NCBI RefSeq assembly: GCF_000012465.1
Contig: NC_007335.2
Coordinates: 1,320,001-1,352,000, forward strand
Direction of reading: 5' to 3'
Length of the DNA stretch: 32,000 nt
From: Prochlorococcus marinus str. NATL2A
GTDB taxonomy: Bacteria > Cyanobacteriota > Cyanobacteriia > PCC-6307 > Cyanobiaceae
Part shown: positions 15,219-26,029 of the stretch, piece by piece
Position numbering within the stretch: the stretch's first letter is position 1
Layout of the letters: each line of letters starts with the position of its first letter
The notes under the pieces: model-generated
Told to the model about the DNA's origin: nothing
Database searches by the model: none
Seen by the model: the letters and a program-made list of their open reading frames with translations, nothing else
Position numbers and translations under genes: made by a program

Positions 15219-16175
15219 CTAAATGCCTCCAAGTTGGACGGCGAGCAAGGCTTGCTGAACATGCAGTCTGTTCTCAGCCTGATCAAAGACATGACTACTT
15301 TTGCTCTCTAAAGCCTCTTCAGTTATTTCTTCTCCTCTATGAGCAGGCAAGCAATGCATAATGATTGCTCCCTCATCTGCAAGTTCTATTAATTTTTGAT
15401 CAACTTTATAGTTTTCAAAAATTTTTTTCCTCTTCAAATGTTCTTCTTCTTGCCCCATAGAAGCCCAGACATCTGTGTAAAGCACTTGAGCGTGCTTCAT
15501 AGCCTTCAAAGGATCATTACAAATAGATATTTTCGAACCAAATTCCGAGAGCGATTTTGCCTTTTCTACAATTTTAGAATCCGCTTCAAAACCTTTTGGA
15601 GAGCAAATTTTCACATTAACTCCCAGCATTGCGCCGCATATCATCAAAGAGTTGGCAACATTATTGCCATCTCCGATGTAAGAAAGATTTATCCCTTTAA
15701 GCTCCCCAAACTTTTCTTGAATTGTTAAATAATCAGCAAGCGACTGACAAGGATGTTCGAGGTCAGTTAAAGCATTAATGACAGGAATAGTGGACCATTC
15801 TGCATATTCTTCAAGTTCTTGTTGAGAAAAAGTCCTAATTGCTAGTGCGTCACAATAACGACTCAAAACCCTGGCTGTGTCTTTAATAGGTTCACCCCTA
15901 CCAAGTTGTGTGATTTGAGGATTTAAATCAACAGTCTGACCTCCCAGTCTTGCCATAGCGACTTGAAAACTCACTCTTGTCCTAGTAGAGGCTTTTTTGA
16001 ATATCAATCCAAGAACTCTATTACCTAGATCAATTCTTCTGTTACCTGTTTTTAGCTGTTTAGCTAATTCAAATAAAGATAAAATTTGATCGCTATTTAA
16101 ATCAGAGGAAGAAAGGAAGTTGCTTTTACTTAAAGGAGTTAATTTAGAAGCTAAGCTTGAAGATGCTGAAGCCAT
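15219..16175 (-). CDS. argF: Ornithine carbamoyltransferase
   Basis: 318 aa with the carbamoyl-phosphate motif STRTRVSF, then HPCQ and HCLPAHRGEE. Confidence 0.95.
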   Translation of the reverse strand: MASASSSLASKLTPLSKSNFLSSSDLNSDQILSLFELAKQLKTGNRRIDLGNRVLGLIFKKASTRTRVSFQVAMARLGGQTVDLNPQITQLGRGEPIKDTARVLSRYCDALAIRTFSQQELEEYAEWSTIPVINALTDLEHPCQSLADYLTIQEKFGELKGINLSYIGDGNNVANSLMICGAMLGVNVKICSPKGFEADSKIVEKAKSLSEFGSKISICNDPLKAMKHAQVLYTDVWASMGQEEEHLKRKKIFENYKVDQKLIELADEGAIIMHCLPAHRGEEITEEALESKSSHVFDQAENRLHVQQALLAVQLGGI

Positions 16176-16188
16176 AAATAAGCCTCAA

Positions 16189-16215
16189 ATATCCTTTATC
16201 GTGGATAAAGGATAT
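16189..16215 (-). terminator. Perfect 12-bp stem hairpin between ftsH and argF (attenuator, processing site or weak terminator)
   Basis: ATATCCTTTATC-gtg-GATAAAGGATAT has exact reverse-complement arms. On the minus strand it is followed only by TTTGAGG, so the U-tract is short. Confidence 0.35.
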
Positions 16216-16228
16216 AAAGTCAAGTGAT

Positions 16229-18103
16229 TTAATTAGAAACTTTTTCAGGCATTACGCTGCTTGATAGCATCTTAATTAGATCATCTCCTTCTATAACTTC
16301 TTTCTCAAGAATTTTTTGAGAAATATCTTCAAGTAATGAAAGATTATTTTTTAGGATATTTAGGGCTTTTTCATGTGCATCATCTACCAAGCTTCTGACT
16401 TCTTTATCAATTGCTTGAGCAGTAGCATCACTTAATTCTCTTCTAGGATTATTGTTCCCTCCAAGGAATTGACCTCCTCCTTGTTTGTCATATGCTAATG
16501 GACCTAGGATATCGCTCATTCCATATGTACCTACCATTTGCTCAGCAATATCTGTTGCTCTTTGTAAATCGTTTGAAGCACCTGTAGTAACTTTTCCAAA
16601 AATTATCTCCTCTGCAGATCTTCCCCCAAGGAGAGTAGCGATTTGACCTTGAAGTTCTTCTTTGGAATTTAGGAATCTTTCCTCTGTTGGGAGTTGGAGA
16701 GTATAGCCTAAAGCGCTCATACCTCTTGGTACTATTGAAATTTTTGCCACTTTGCTTCCACCAGGCATTAAGTGTCCCACTATTGCGTGGCCAACCTCGT
16801 GATAAGCCACAATCTTTTTCTCATCGTCTTGTAAAACTCTGCTTTTTTTCTCAAGCCCAGCAACAACTCTTTCAATGGCTTCATTTAAATCTTGCTGCTC
16901 AACTTCTGAGCGGTAAGATCTTGCCGCTAAAAGAGCCGCTTCATTTACCATGTTTGCTAAATCGGCGCCTGCGAATCCACTTGTAGCTTGAGCAATTCTA
17001 TCAAGATCTATTTTTGCCGAGAGTTTTACTTTCTTTGTGTAAATTTCTAAAATAGTTTTCCTACCAGATAAATCAGGTCTATCCACAAGAACTTGTCTAT
17101 CGAATCTACCTGGACGTAATAGAGCTGCATCCAACACCTCAGGTTGGTTTGTCGCTGCAAGGACAATTACAGGTTTATCAGTTGAAGCAAATCCATCCAT
17201 TTCTGTAAGTAATTGATTAAGAGTTTGCTCTCTTTCATCATTACCTCCAACTACTCCCATTGATCCAGATCTACTTTTACCAATAGCATCTAATTCATCG
17301 ATAAATATTATGCACGGAGCTTTTTTCTTAGCTTGTTCAAATAAATCTCTAACTCTCGCCGCACCAGCACCAACAAATAACTCAACAAATTCAGAACCAG
17401 AAATGATAAAGAAAGGAACTTCCGCTTCACCTGCTACAGCCTTAGATAAGAGAGTTTTACCAGTTCCTGGTGGTCCTACTAATAAAACACCTTTTGGAAT
17501 TCTTGCACCAATATCTGTATATCTTTGTGGCTTCTTGAGGAAATCAACTATTTCTGTTAATTCGTCTTTTGCTTCATCAACTCCTGCAACATCCGCGAAA
17601 GTAACCTTCGATTCATCGTCAGGAACATAAACTTTAGCTTTACTTTTTGTGAAACTTAGGGCTCCTTGAGCTCCACCACCACCCATGCTTCTTCGAGCAA
17701 AAAACTGTAAAACAAGAATAAATATTAGTGGTGGTACTACCCAGCTAAGAATAGTAGTGAATATATTGGGTTTTTTGGGAGGTGCCGCTGCGAACTCGAC
17801 GCCTTTTTTCTCGAGCCTTTGAGGTAACTCCATATCAAAAATTGGAGTCGTTGCCAAAACAGAAGGGGCACCTTCTTCAGCTGTAGAAAGTTCATATCTA
17901 ATTTGATCTTGTGTTATGTATGCACGTTTAACTTCTCCATCATCAACTTGATTTATGAAAAGTGAATAAGGAACTCTTGGGACTTGTGTATTTTGGCTTG
18001 GGAAAAAACTACTAAAGAGAAGAAGCGCTCCAAAACCAATTAAAACTAAATTAATTATTCCAAAGCGTTTATTTGGTTGATTTTCGTCCTGTCGTATTGG
18101 CAT
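16229..18103 (-). CDS. ftsH: ATP-dependent zinc metalloprotease FtsH
   Basis: Walker A is GPPGTGKT, Walker B is IIFIDELD, the second region of homology is [18 protein letters not shown] and the zinc motif is HEVGHA. I prefer the ATG at 18103 (MPIRQDENQ...). The ORF track extends to a TTG at 18148. Confidence 0.95.
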   Translation of the reverse strand: MPIRQDENQPNKRFGIINLVLIGFGALLLFSSFFPSQNTQVPRVPYSLFINQVDDGEVKRAYITQDQIRYELSTAEEGAPSVLATTPIFDMELPQRLEKKGVEFAAAPPKKPNIFTTILSWVVPPLIFILVLQFFARRSMGGGGAQGALSFTKSKAKVYVPDDESKVTFADVAGVDEAKDELTEIVDFLKKPQRYTDIGARIPKGVLLVGPPGTGKTLLSKAVAGEAEVPFFIISGSEFVELFVGAGAARVRDLFEQAKKKAPCIIFIDELDAIGKSRSGSMGVVGGNDEREQTLNQLLTEMDGFASTDKPVIVLAATNQPEVLDAALLRPGRFDRQVLVDRPDLSGRKTILEIYTKKVKLSAKIDLDRIAQATSGFAGADLANMVNEAALLAARSYRSEVEQQDLNEAIERVVAGLEKKSRVLQDDEKKIVAYHEVGHAIVGHLMPGGSKVAKISIVPRGMSALGYTLQLPTEERFLNSKEELQGQIATLLGGRSAEEIIFGKVTTGASNDLQRATDIAEQMVGTYGMSDILGPLAYDKQGGGQFLGGNNNPRRELSDATAQAIDKEVRSLVDDAHEKALNILKNNLSLLEDISQKILEKEVIEGDDLIKMLSSSVMPEKVSN

Positions 18104-18208
18104 TAGCAAAAACTTAATTCTTACCAAGTTAAACAATTTTCTTCCCAAATCGACTTGTTTAACTGGAGGGAGATCCGAACGAATATCTAATTCTAAAAAA
18201 TTAACCCC

Positions 18209-19303
18209 CTAAAAAATCAGTCTCCAACAGATATCTTCTCCTTTTCGATCTAAAAAAGAATGTTGCAATTTATAGGAAGAACTTATTGATTCAAACCCAA
18301 AATTGTTCAAAGGACTCATCGAAGACATCCCTCCTAAGAGTTTTGGTGCTACAAAAACTACTAATTCCTGAACACAATTTGCTTCGATTGCACTTGTAGC
18401 AAGTTGAGGACCGCATTCCCAAAGAATTTTATTGCAGCCTTTTTTCGCAAGTGAGGAGAGTAATTCGGATGGATTATTCGAATTCAATCTCAATTTCTCT
18501 GGACCATTTGGCAAATCAGAAAAGAAAGATTCATCACCCTCTGGCCCATAAGCAATAATTGTTCTAGCGATTTTTGTATCCCAAAGTTTTGCAGATTGAG
18601 GCAAGTTCAAAGTTTTTGAAAAAACAACCCTTAATGGCTCAAAATCTAACTTTTCCCTTGAAGTTAAAAGTGGATTATCGGCCCGAACTGTTCCTCCTCC
18701 AACTATTACTGCATCGCACTTAGATCTAATTCTATGAACCGAATGCCTTGCAGGAATATCTGTAATCCACTTACTACAACCATTTGGCAAGCCAATTTTT
18801 CCATCTAAGCTCATTGCCCATTTTAGAATTCCCCAAGGACGTCCATGACGAACTCGAAAACTAAATTCGCGATTAATTGATTCACATTCTTGACTCAAAA
18901 CCCCCTCGATTACTTCAAGTCCAGAGTCTTTCAATCTTGAGATTCCATTACCTGAGACTCTTGGATCAGGATCGACCATCCCAACAACAACTTTTTTTAG
19001 ACCTGCTCTTATTATTGCTTCTGTACAGGGAGGTGTTAAGCCTTGATGGCAACAGGGTTCTAAAGTTACAACGATTGTTCCATCAAGCGCCTTCTTTCCC
19101 GCCTGAGCAAGTGCTTCTATTTCAGCATGAGGATTCCCTGCGCCTGAATGAAATCCCTCTCCAACAAGTCTTCCATTCGAATCCAACACAATAGATCCAA
19201 CTAGGGGGTTTGGGCTTGTCCTGCCTTCTGCTAATAAAGCCAGTTGGATTGAGCGTCTCATCCATGGCACCCATATTTTTTGATCCTCAGCCAAATTAAT
19301 CAT
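18209..19303 (-). CDS. ribD: Bifunctional riboflavin biosynthesis protein RibD (pyrimidine deaminase / uracil reductase)
   Basis: Deaminase zinc motifs HAEIEAL and PCCHQGLTPPC, followed by a reductase domain (KWAMSLDGKI...VGGGTVRADNP). Confidence 0.9.
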   Translation of the reverse strand: MINLAEDQKIWVPWMRRSIQLALLAEGRTSPNPLVGSIVLDSNGRLVGEGFHSGAGNPHAEIEALAQAGKKALDGTIVVTLEPCCHQGLTPPCTEAIIRAGLKKVVVGMVDPDPRVSGNGISRLKDSGLEVIEGVLSQECESINREFSFRVRHGRPWGILKWAMSLDGKIGLPNGCSKWITDIPARHSVHRIRSKCDAVIVGGGTVRADNPLLTSREKLDFEPLRVVFSKTLNLPQSAKLWDTKIARTIIAYGPEGDESFFSDLPNGPEKLRLNSNNPSELLSSLAKKGCNKILWECGPQLATSAIEANCVQELVVFVAPKLLGGMSSMSPLNNFGFESISSSYKLQHSFLDRKGEDICWRLIF

Positions 19304-19305
19304 TT

Positions 19306-19800
19306 TTATTCAGCCAATGATCTCCATTCACTTACTAAGTAAGGCGGGATTGGTAAATCATTTATCAATCCTGGCAAACTTAATCTCAAAGGTCTATTTT
19401 TATCCAACTCAGCAATCAAAGTGCTTAGGTCAAATTCGACAGCAGAGTCATTCAAAGCTTCAACATTGATTTTACTGTTTATTGTTATGTCTTTTAAATC
19501 CCAAGTCTTTCTACCTGAATTAACCATCAAACTAGTTGGATGATCAATCCTTAATGAGCCTGGATAACCCACAATTCTCAAAATTAAATTCTTAGACTCT
19601 TTCGAACTTGGATAGACGATAATTTGCCAAGTTTGGTAATCCAAGTCTTTGAGGCTCTCTAAGCTTCTTTTAATCTCCTTTTTCTGATCATTTAAAGTGA
19701 CTTTTGAATCTGCATAACTTTTATTGGCGCTAGTAAAAAAACAACAACAAATCAAAAGAATAGAAATTATTACACGAAATGAATTACGAAATCCTTCCAT
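19306..19800 (-). CDS. Conserved hypothetical exported protein
   Basis: The ATG at 19800 gives MEGFRNSFRVIISILLICCCFFTSANKSYA, which is signal-peptide-like. An upstream ATG at 19836 would overlap the preceding gene by 53 nt. The stop abuts the ribD start. Confidence 0.6.
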   Translation of the reverse strand: MEGFRNSFRVIISILLICCCFFTSANKSYADSKVTLNDQKKEIKRSLESLKDLDYQTWQIIVYPSSKESKNLILRIVGYPGSLRIDHPTSLMVNSGRKTWDLKDITINSKINVEALNDSAVEFDLSTLIAELDKNRPLRLSLPGLINDLPIPPYLVSEWRSLAE

Positions 19801-20071
19801 CACTAATGTTGTAATCTTCAGATTCAAGTAGGGCATCTAATGCTATTGCTGAGCGAACGAGTGACTGATATTTCTTAATGATACGTTGATTACGTTCAAC
19901 TATTTTGGAAGGGTCATGTTTTTCTGAATTATTAATAGGATTTTCAAAGATTTGGACATTATCGTCCATTAATTCTAAATCCTTTTGTTGCTTAATCAGA
20001 GCTATCAAAATTTCATGCAGGCGGGATCTTCTGGGTAAGGGTTTCTCAGCTTCATTTTTTTTAAGATTCAC
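19784..20071 (-). CDS. Hypothetical small soluble protein
   Basis: 95 aa charged ORF at the head of the ribD-containing minus-strand gene string, divergent from cobL. No motif recognised. Confidence 0.45.
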   Translation of the reverse strand: MNLKKNEAEKPLPRRSRLHEILIALIKQQKDLELMDDNVQIFENPINNSEKHDPSKIVERNQRIIKKYQSLVRSAIALDALLESEDYNISDGRIS

Positions 20072-20169
20072 AAAACTTTCAAACTTACTATTGAAGTTTT
20101 AGTTGATTTTCATCAAAAAAATAGTAAAGCTATAAAAAAGAAATTTTTCTAAGCCCATTCATTTAAACC

Positions 20170-21456
20170 ATGCCTGATGAGTCAAAACAGATACACGTAA
20201 TCGGAATTGATACTTCAAGTGTTGAAAGTTTTTTTGAAGCTAAAAAAAAACCAATTTTTAAAGCTGAAAGAATCACTGGTCCTCAAAGAATTTTAGATTC
20301 ATTCAAAACTTGGTTAAAGGATAAAAATATAAAAAACAATAAGTTCGAGTTCTTTTCAACTGACAAACTAAATGACTTTATAGATCTATTAAAAAAGGAC
20401 AAGAAAAAAACAATTGTGTTTTCTGGTGGTGATCCTCTTTGGTTTGGGATTGGTAGATTATTAATTCAAAACTTTCCTTTATCAAATCTTTATTTTGAGC
20501 CAGCCGCGACCTCTTTCCAACTCGCTTTTTCCAAACTTGGCAAACCTTGGCAAGATACACAATGGATCAGTCTTCATGGAAGAGACCCGCTTCAATTAGA
20601 AAAAGCAATTAAAAAGCTTCCTTCTTCACTTGTGGTTTTAACTGACTCAAATAGAGGAGGAGCTAAGGAGGTTTATCAATTAATGGATTCCTTGGAACTT
20701 CAGAAAAAATATGAATTTTGGACTTTCGAAAGGCTTGGATATATCAATGAAAGAATTCTAAAAATATCTTCTGTTGATGATTTCCCAATTGATCTTGATC
20801 CATTGCATCTTGTGATTCTTTTAAAAAAAGAAGAGCCTCTAATACAATCAATAGATTTACCTTTATTTGGAATTGTTGATTCAGTTTTTCTTCAAAATGC
20901 AGACTGCCCTGGGTTAATGACAAAAAAAGAAGTTAGGGTTCAAATTCTTGCCGAACTTAATCTCCCAAAGCAAGGAATAATTTGGGACATAGGAAGTGGA
21001 GTTGGGAGTATTGGTTTAGAAGCATTAAGGATATCTCCAAATCTAAAATTAGTATCCATTGATAAAAGAGTTGGAAGTACAAATATAATCAAGGAAAACG
21101 CCAGAAGGCTTGGTGTTAAGCCATCATTGATAATTGAGGATGAAGCATTAAATATATTTAAACAAAATAAAATTACATCTAGTCTTTCAAAACCAGAAAG
21201 AGTTATTATCGGAGGCGGTGGCTCAAACTCACATTTAATTCTTGAAGAAGTTTTGAAGCTGATAAATAGTACTTGTATAATAGTTATACCACTAATATCA
21301 TTAAAATCTATATCAAAATTAGAGTCGATTTTAAAGCCTAAAGCCCACAAGTTATCTATTAGTCAACATCAATCGTATAGAGGTGTAAGTATTGGAGAAG
21401 ATATAAGATTATCTCCTTTAAATCCTGTTTTTATTTTGAAGGGTGAAATTAAATAA
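20170..21456 (+). CDS. cobL: Precorrin-6Y C5,15-methyltransferase (decarboxylating), CbiE/CbiT fusion type
   Basis: The N-terminal tetrapyrrole methylase region has FSGGDPLWFGIG. The C-terminal CbiT-like region has MTKKEVR and the SAM motif WDIGSGVGSIGLEA. Confidence 0.85.
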   Translation: MPDESKQIHVIGIDTSSVESFFEAKKKPIFKAERITGPQRILDSFKTWLKDKNIKNNKFEFFSTDKLNDFIDLLKKDKKKTIVFSGGDPLWFGIGRLLIQNFPLSNLYFEPAATSFQLAFSKLGKPWQDTQWISLHGRDPLQLEKAIKKLPSSLVVLTDSNRGGAKEVYQLMDSLELQKKYEFWTFERLGYINERILKISSVDDFPIDLDPLHLVILLKKEEPLIQSIDLPLFGIVDSVFLQNADCPGLMTKKEVRVQILAELNLPKQGIIWDIGSGVGSIGLEALRISPNLKLVSIDKRVGSTNIIKENARRLGVKPSLIIEDEALNIFKQNKITSSLSKPERVIIGGGGSNSHLILEEVLKLINSTCIIVIPLISLKSISKLESILKPKAHKLSISQHQSYRGVSIGEDIRLSPLNPVFILKGEIK

Positions 21457-21459
21457 TTT

Positions 21460-22368
21460 TTATGTTTTATCAGGTTTCGCAACGTGGGGGAGTCCCCAAC
21501 CTAATTTATTTCTTAGAACTTGAAAGAACTCATGATCAGAAAGTCTAATGAACTTAACTGGATGATCACTTTTTCTAATTAAAACTCTATCCTCTGGCCA
21601 TACATAACAGCCTGCACTACCATCAACTACCATCATTAATCTTTCAGGTGTGGCAGGAAAAACCGTTACTGGCTCTTCGTTGCTAAAGACAAGAGCTCTA
21701 GATGCTAATGAATGAGGAGATACAGGCGTAAGCTGTAAAACTGGACAATCAGGAGTAATCACAGGTCCCCCGGCACTGAGTGAATAAGCAGTTGAACCAG
21801 TAGGAGTAGAGAGAATTACACCATCTGCAGAAATATCGACGGGCGCATGCCGACCAACAGAAATTTCAAAATGACACATACTTGTCATAGGTTCTCTATG
21901 CAATGCCATTTCATTGAGGCAAAGAGCTTCCCATCTACATTGATCACCTCTCATAACACTCACTACTAGGCTTGTTCTTTTCTCAATACTCCATTGCCTT
22001 GCAACTAAATGTTTGAAAATTTTATCTATATCTGAAAGATACGCCTCAGCCAAAAAGCCTAAATGTCCAGTATTTACAGTGAGTATGGGGATACCCAATG
22101 GTGCAGTTTGTCTTGCTGCAGACAAGACAGTCCCATCACCTCCCAATACAACGGCAAATAAAATTGAAGAATCAAAACCTTCTGGAATACATGAGTTGTA
22201 TCCTTGTGAACTCATATATTGATCAGGATTAGTAAAACCTAATAAACCGCCTGCGCTACTTACTCTTACGACCTCAAAACCAGAATCTTCTAGTTTCTTT
22301 TGAAAAGTTTTTGCTGTCTTAACAGCAAGCTCTTTCCCGTCATTAACGATCAGTCCTACTCGGGGCAC
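21460..22368 (-). CDS. nadK: NAD(+) kinase
   Basis: GGDGT motif ([10 protein letters not shown]), NEMALHR and [21 protein letters not shown]. Confidence 0.9.
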   Translation of the reverse strand: MPRVGLIVNDGKELAVKTAKTFQKKLEDSGFEVVRVSSAGGLLGFTNPDQYMSSQGYNSCIPEGFDSSILFAVVLGGDGTVLSAARQTAPLGIPILTVNTGHLGFLAEAYLSDIDKIFKHLVARQWSIEKRTSLVVSVMRGDQCRWEALCLNEMALHREPMTSMCHFEISVGRHAPVDISADGVILSTPTGSTAYSLSAGGPVITPDCPVLQLTPVSPHSLASRALVFSNEEPVTVFPATPERLMMVVDGSAGCYVWPEDRVLIRKSDHPVKFIRLSDHEFFQVLRNKLGWGLPHVAKPDKT

Positions 22369-22460
22369 CGATCATACTTCACAAACTATCGCACAATATT
22401 AGCAATTAAATGTCAATATTATTTATTTATAAATTAAAATTTAATTCAAAAAATCCAACT

Positions 22461-23468
22461 CTAAAATTGTTCTAAAAATCTGAGATCACTTGTATATAAC
22501 TTTCTTATATCATCTAGGCCATGACGAACCATGCAAAATCTTTCAACCCCTAGTCCAGCAGCAAATCCACTATATTTTTCTGGATCAATCCCTAATTCCT
22601 CTAAAACAGCAGGATCGACCATCCCGCAACCCATAACTTCTAACCACTTTCCTCTCCATTGGACATCAACTTCTGCTGATGGCTCCGTAAATGGGAAATA
22701 GCTAGCCCTAAATCGAATAGGAAGATCTCCAAAAAATGCTTTTAAAAAGGCCATTACTGTTCCTCTTAAATGACTAAAGTCAAGCTTTTCATCAATTGCT
22801 AAGACCTCAACCTGGTGGAACACAGGCGAATGAGTTGCATCAACTGCATCTCTTCGATAAACCCGACCGGGTGAAACAATTCTTACAGGTGGCTTTTTGC
22901 TTTCAAGGCAACGAATCTGAACAGGCGATGTATGAGTTCTCAAAAGGTATTCACCTCCCAGATAAAAAGTATCTTGCATATCTCTTGCAGGATGATCAGG
23001 TGGAATATTCAGTGCCTCGAAATTGTAGTAATCATTCTCTATCTCAGGACCTTCAGAAACTTGGTATCCAAGACCCAAGAAAAGATCGATTATTTGCTCA
23101 GTAGTTGTTATTAAGGGGTGGCGATGTCCTTGAGTAATACCTGTTGGAGGCGCTGTAACATCTATAGTTTCCTTTATTAATATCTGACTTAAAGCTTGAG
23201 TTTTTAAAATTTCAAGCTTTTCCTTGATTAGTTCTTGCAATTGAGTTTTTAAAACGTTCGCTCTTTGACCAATTAAAGGTCTTTCTTCATTAGAAAGATT
23301 TTTCATCCCTCCCAATAGGAGTGAGAGTTTTCCTTTCTTTCCAAGGAAACTCAACCTTAATTTCTCTATTGATTCAGAATTTTCAGCAGAAGCAATTTCT
23401 TTTGCCGCCTCGCTTTCTAGAATCTCAAGCTCACCGATGAGCTGTTTTAGGGATAATGTTGAACTCAA
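22461..23468 (-). CDS. pheS: Phenylalanine--tRNA ligase alpha subunit
   Basis: 335 aa. N-terminal coiled region, class II motifs [21 protein letters not shown] and GRVYRRD, and C-terminal FGLGVERF-like [10 protein letters not shown]. Confidence 0.95.
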   Translation of the reverse strand: MSSTLSLKQLIGELEILESEAAKEIASAENSESIEKLRLSFLGKKGKLSLLLGGMKNLSNEERPLIGQRANVLKTQLQELIKEKLEILKTQALSQILIKETIDVTAPPTGITQGHRHPLITTTEQIIDLFLGLGYQVSEGPEIENDYYNFEALNIPPDHPARDMQDTFYLGGEYLLRTHTSPVQIRCLESKKPPVRIVSPGRVYRRDAVDATHSPVFHQVEVLAIDEKLDFSHLRGTVMAFLKAFFGDLPIRFRASYFPFTEPSAEVDVQWRGKWLEVMGCGMVDPAVLEELGIDPEKYSGFAAGLGVERFCMVRHGLDDIRKLYTSDLRFLEQF

Positions 23469-23536
23469 TGAATTGCCATCTCGAGTACTAGTTTAATCGG
23501 CAACCTGTCCCAGTTCTAAAAACTAATAGCAAAAAA

Positions 23537-24325
23537 ATGAAACCATTGAAAATTTTAATCAGTAATGATGATGGTGTTTTTGCAGAAGGGATAAGAACAC
23601 TTGCCACATCTGCAGCGAGCAGAGGACATAAAGTTACTGTTGTTTGTCCAGATCAAGAAAGATCCGCAACTGGTCATGGATTAACTTTACATTCGCCCAT
23701 ACGCGCTGAAAAGGCAGACGAATTATTTGGGGGAGGTATTAAAGCTTGGGGATGTAGTGGAACCCCTGCTGATTGCGTAAAACTCGCACTTAATGAACTT
23801 CTTGATCAAAAGCCAGACTTAATTCTTTCTGGAATTAATCATGGGCCTAATCTTGGTACGGATATTTTTTGCTCAGGGACTGTTGCTGCTGCACTTGAGG
23901 GGACCTTAGATGGGATTCCATCTATTGCGGTGAGCGTTGCAAGTTTTCAATGGAAAAATTTTAGTTTCGCTGGGAAACTTTCCTTAGATATTGCAGAGAA
24001 AGCAATTCAACAAAATTGGCCCAAGAACTTACTCCTAAATTTAAATATTCCCCCTTGTGAAGAAAAAGAAATGGGTGATTTGGTTTGGACAAGACTTTCA
24101 ATCAGACAATACGAAGAACAATTCATTCGAAGAGTCGATCCAAGAGGTAATACCTATTTTTGGATGGCTGGGGAAGCAGTAAAAGATCTTCAATCTGCAG
24201 GAGAAGGGCCTAAGGGATGGCCAAGTGATGTCTCTCAAATAGCTTTATGCTCTCCCTCACTAACTCCAATTCAACCTGATCTTTTTTGGAGAGGAAATTT
24301 AGATGATTTGCCAAACTTAATATAA
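23537..24325 (+). CDS. surE: 5-prime/3-prime-nucleotidase SurE
   Basis: [15 protein letters not shown]-terminal motif, then SATGHGLT and GINHGPNLG. Confidence 0.95.
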   Translation: MKPLKILISNDDGVFAEGIRTLATSAASRGHKVTVVCPDQERSATGHGLTLHSPIRAEKADELFGGGIKAWGCSGTPADCVKLALNELLDQKPDLILSGINHGPNLGTDIFCSGTVAAALEGTLDGIPSIAVSVASFQWKNFSFAGKLSLDIAEKAIQQNWPKNLLLNLNIPPCEEKEMGDLVWTRLSIRQYEEQFIRRVDPRGNTYFWMAGEAVKDLQSAGEGPKGWPSDVSQIALCSPSLTPIQPDLFWRGNLDDLPNLI

Positions 24326-24328
24326 AAA

Positions 24329-24892
24329 TTAGTTTTTCCTGAAAATCCTTTGCAATAACCATAAAGAAAAAATCAGCCCAATCAAATGGGCAAACAAAAC
24401 CTGGGTATTACTCAAGACAGAAAGCATTTCTAGAGAAGTAATTGGATAGTTTTCCATTGCTCTCATACCTGTTCCAATGGAAATTCCAGGAGCTTGCATT
24501 GAAGCCTGCACGAACAAAGCTCCTGCTAAAGATTGATATCCGACTGACGAAAAAACCAATCCTACTAAATCGACAATCAAGCCTCTCTTTAGTAAGCGAC
24601 TTGTTTCACCTCTACTTGGGCGCGCCTCGCTGCCTAAAGCTCTACCAGTCTTTACTATCAACCAGCCTTGCCAAAGGCTAAATAGCAATAAAATAAATGC
24701 CAATGTCGTGAGAGACAAACCTGGCCCTAAGCCCAATGCTCTCTCTGAGTTTCTAGCTAAACTACTTCCAACATTGTTGAACAACAAAACACCCACTACC
24801 ACTACACCTAAAATTGTTTGAATCCAAAATCGAAGCCAACCAATTCTTCTCATCCCTAGAGAAAGCAATTGAAAGTCGCGTTGATCTGCCAT
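24329..24892 (-). CDS. Conserved integral membrane protein (about 4 TM; possibly DUF3611-like, tentative)
   Basis: Hydrophobic segments include WIQTILGVVVVGVLLF and LSLTTLAFILLLFSLWQGW. I prefer the ATG at 24892 (MADQRDFQ...). The GTG at 24934 in the ORF track would overlap the divergent ribF start. Confidence 0.6.
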   Translation of the reverse strand: MADQRDFQLLSLGMRRIGWLRFWIQTILGVVVVGVLLFNNVGSSLARNSERALGLGPGLSLTTLAFILLLFSLWQGWLIVKTGRALGSEARPSRGETSRLLKRGLIVDLVGLVFSSVGYQSLAGALFVQASMQAPGISIGTGMRAMENYPITSLEMLSVLSNTQVLFAHLIGLIFSLWLLQRIFRKN

Positions 24893-24919
24893 CACGATGA
24901 ATAAGGCGATAAACCAAAC

Positions 24920-25873
24920 TTGCCATCTAAGCACAAAAATTGCACGTTTATCTTGATCCCTCTCTGTGCTCCTGAAAACGCAAAACTGCCTACAGCACTA
25001 GCCTTAGGTAGTTTTGACGGTCTTCACTTAGGTCATAAAAAAGTAATAAAAGCCATATTAAAAGAGCCAATTGGTGTTCCTACAGTTGTCAGTTTTTGGC
25101 CTCACCCACGTGAGGTTCTCTTTGGAGAATCAAGATTAAGATTGGATTTACCAAATGAAAAAACATTCTTACTTGAGCCTCTAGGAATAGAACAACTAGT
25201 TTTGGTTCCATTTAATAAAAATCTTGCTTCAAAAAGTGCTGAAACATTTGTAGAAGAAGTTCTAGTAAAAACCCTTCATGCTAAACACATAGCGGTTGGA
25301 GAGAATTTTAGATTTGGTCGCAATCGAGAAGGTGACACTTCTACTTTAAAAAAGATTGGTACCTCTCTAGGGATAAAAATTTCTATTGTTCCTATCGTTG
25401 AAGACAATCATGGTCGACTTAGTAGTAGCAGAGTACGAAAAGCGCTCAATGACGGTGACTTGAAGCATGCAAAATACCTATTGAAGCGTCCTTACACCTT
25501 TAGGGGGACGGTGGAGAAAGGAAGAGGTTTAGGGAAAAAAATTGGATGGCCAACTGCAAATTTAAAAATAGACGGGCGAAAATTCCTTCCATCATTGGGG
25601 GTTTATGCAGCTTGGGCTTCCATAGCAAGCAAAAAAGAACGTTTCTTAGCAGTGATGAATATGGGCCCTCAGCCAACTATTGATCCAAACTCCTTATCAG
25701 CAGTAGAAGTTCACCTTTTAGACAAAGAAATCAATCTATTAGGACATGAATTAATTATTGAACCTGTTCAAAGAATTAGACTACAAAAAAAGTTTGATAA
25801 TATCGAGGCACTGAGCAAACAAATAAGTTCAGATGCAAAATTGGCAAAAGAAATACTGACACAAAAGCTTTAA
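24920..25873 (+). CDS. ribF: Bifunctional riboflavin kinase / FMN adenylyltransferase
   Basis: ALGSFDGLHLGHKKVI (nucleotidyltransferase HxGH-type motif), FRFGRNREGD, and the kinase region GRGLGKKIGWPTANL. No in-frame ATG lies near the 5-prime end. A TTG at 24920 or 24953 could be the start. Confidence 0.9.
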   Translation: MPSKHKNCTFILIPLCAPENAKLPTALALGSFDGLHLGHKKVIKAILKEPIGVPTVVSFWPHPREVLFGESRLRLDLPNEKTFLLEPLGIEQLVLVPFNKNLASKSAETFVEEVLVKTLHAKHIAVGENFRFGRNREGDTSTLKKIGTSLGIKISIVPIVEDNHGRLSSSRVRKALNDGDLKHAKYLLKRPYTFRGTVEKGRGLGKKIGWPTANLKIDGRKFLPSLGVYAAWASIASKKERFLAVMNMGPQPTIDPNSLSAVEVHLLDKEINLLGHELIIEPVQRIRLQKKFDNIEALSKQISSDAKLAKEILTQKL

Positions 25874-25874
25874 A

Positions 25875-25967
25875 CTAATTAATTGTGGGATAAGCGTTGG
25901 ATAATCCCCAAACTACAAATAAACCTATGCCTCCTAACAAAAACACCCCCCAAAGAAGCACAGTCAT
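25875..25967 (-). CDS. Candidate 30 aa single-TM small protein (below the ORF-track cutoff)
   Basis: The ATG at 25967 gives MTVLLWGVFLLGGIGLFVVWGLSNAYPTIN, then a stop. It has one clean hydrophobic helix, and the tract appears by eye more GC-rich than its flanks in the ribF-thiE spacer. An upstream in-frame GTG lies at 25991. Confidence 0.35.
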   Translation of the reverse strand: MTVLLWGVFLLGGIGLFVVWGLSNAYPTIN

Positions 25968-26029
25968 ATTGTTCTCAGAATCATTTTCCACAATAAAATT
26001 TAAATACAAATCATCAAATAAAGGATGAC

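Noticed and set aside
24892-24953. Apparent 15-bp overlap of divergent start codons (GTG 24934 of the membrane protein, TTG 24920 of ribF)
   Set aside because: This is most simply an ORF-track artefact of taking the longest frame. The downstream starts (ATG 24892, TTG 24953) remove the overlap, so I do not treat it as biology.
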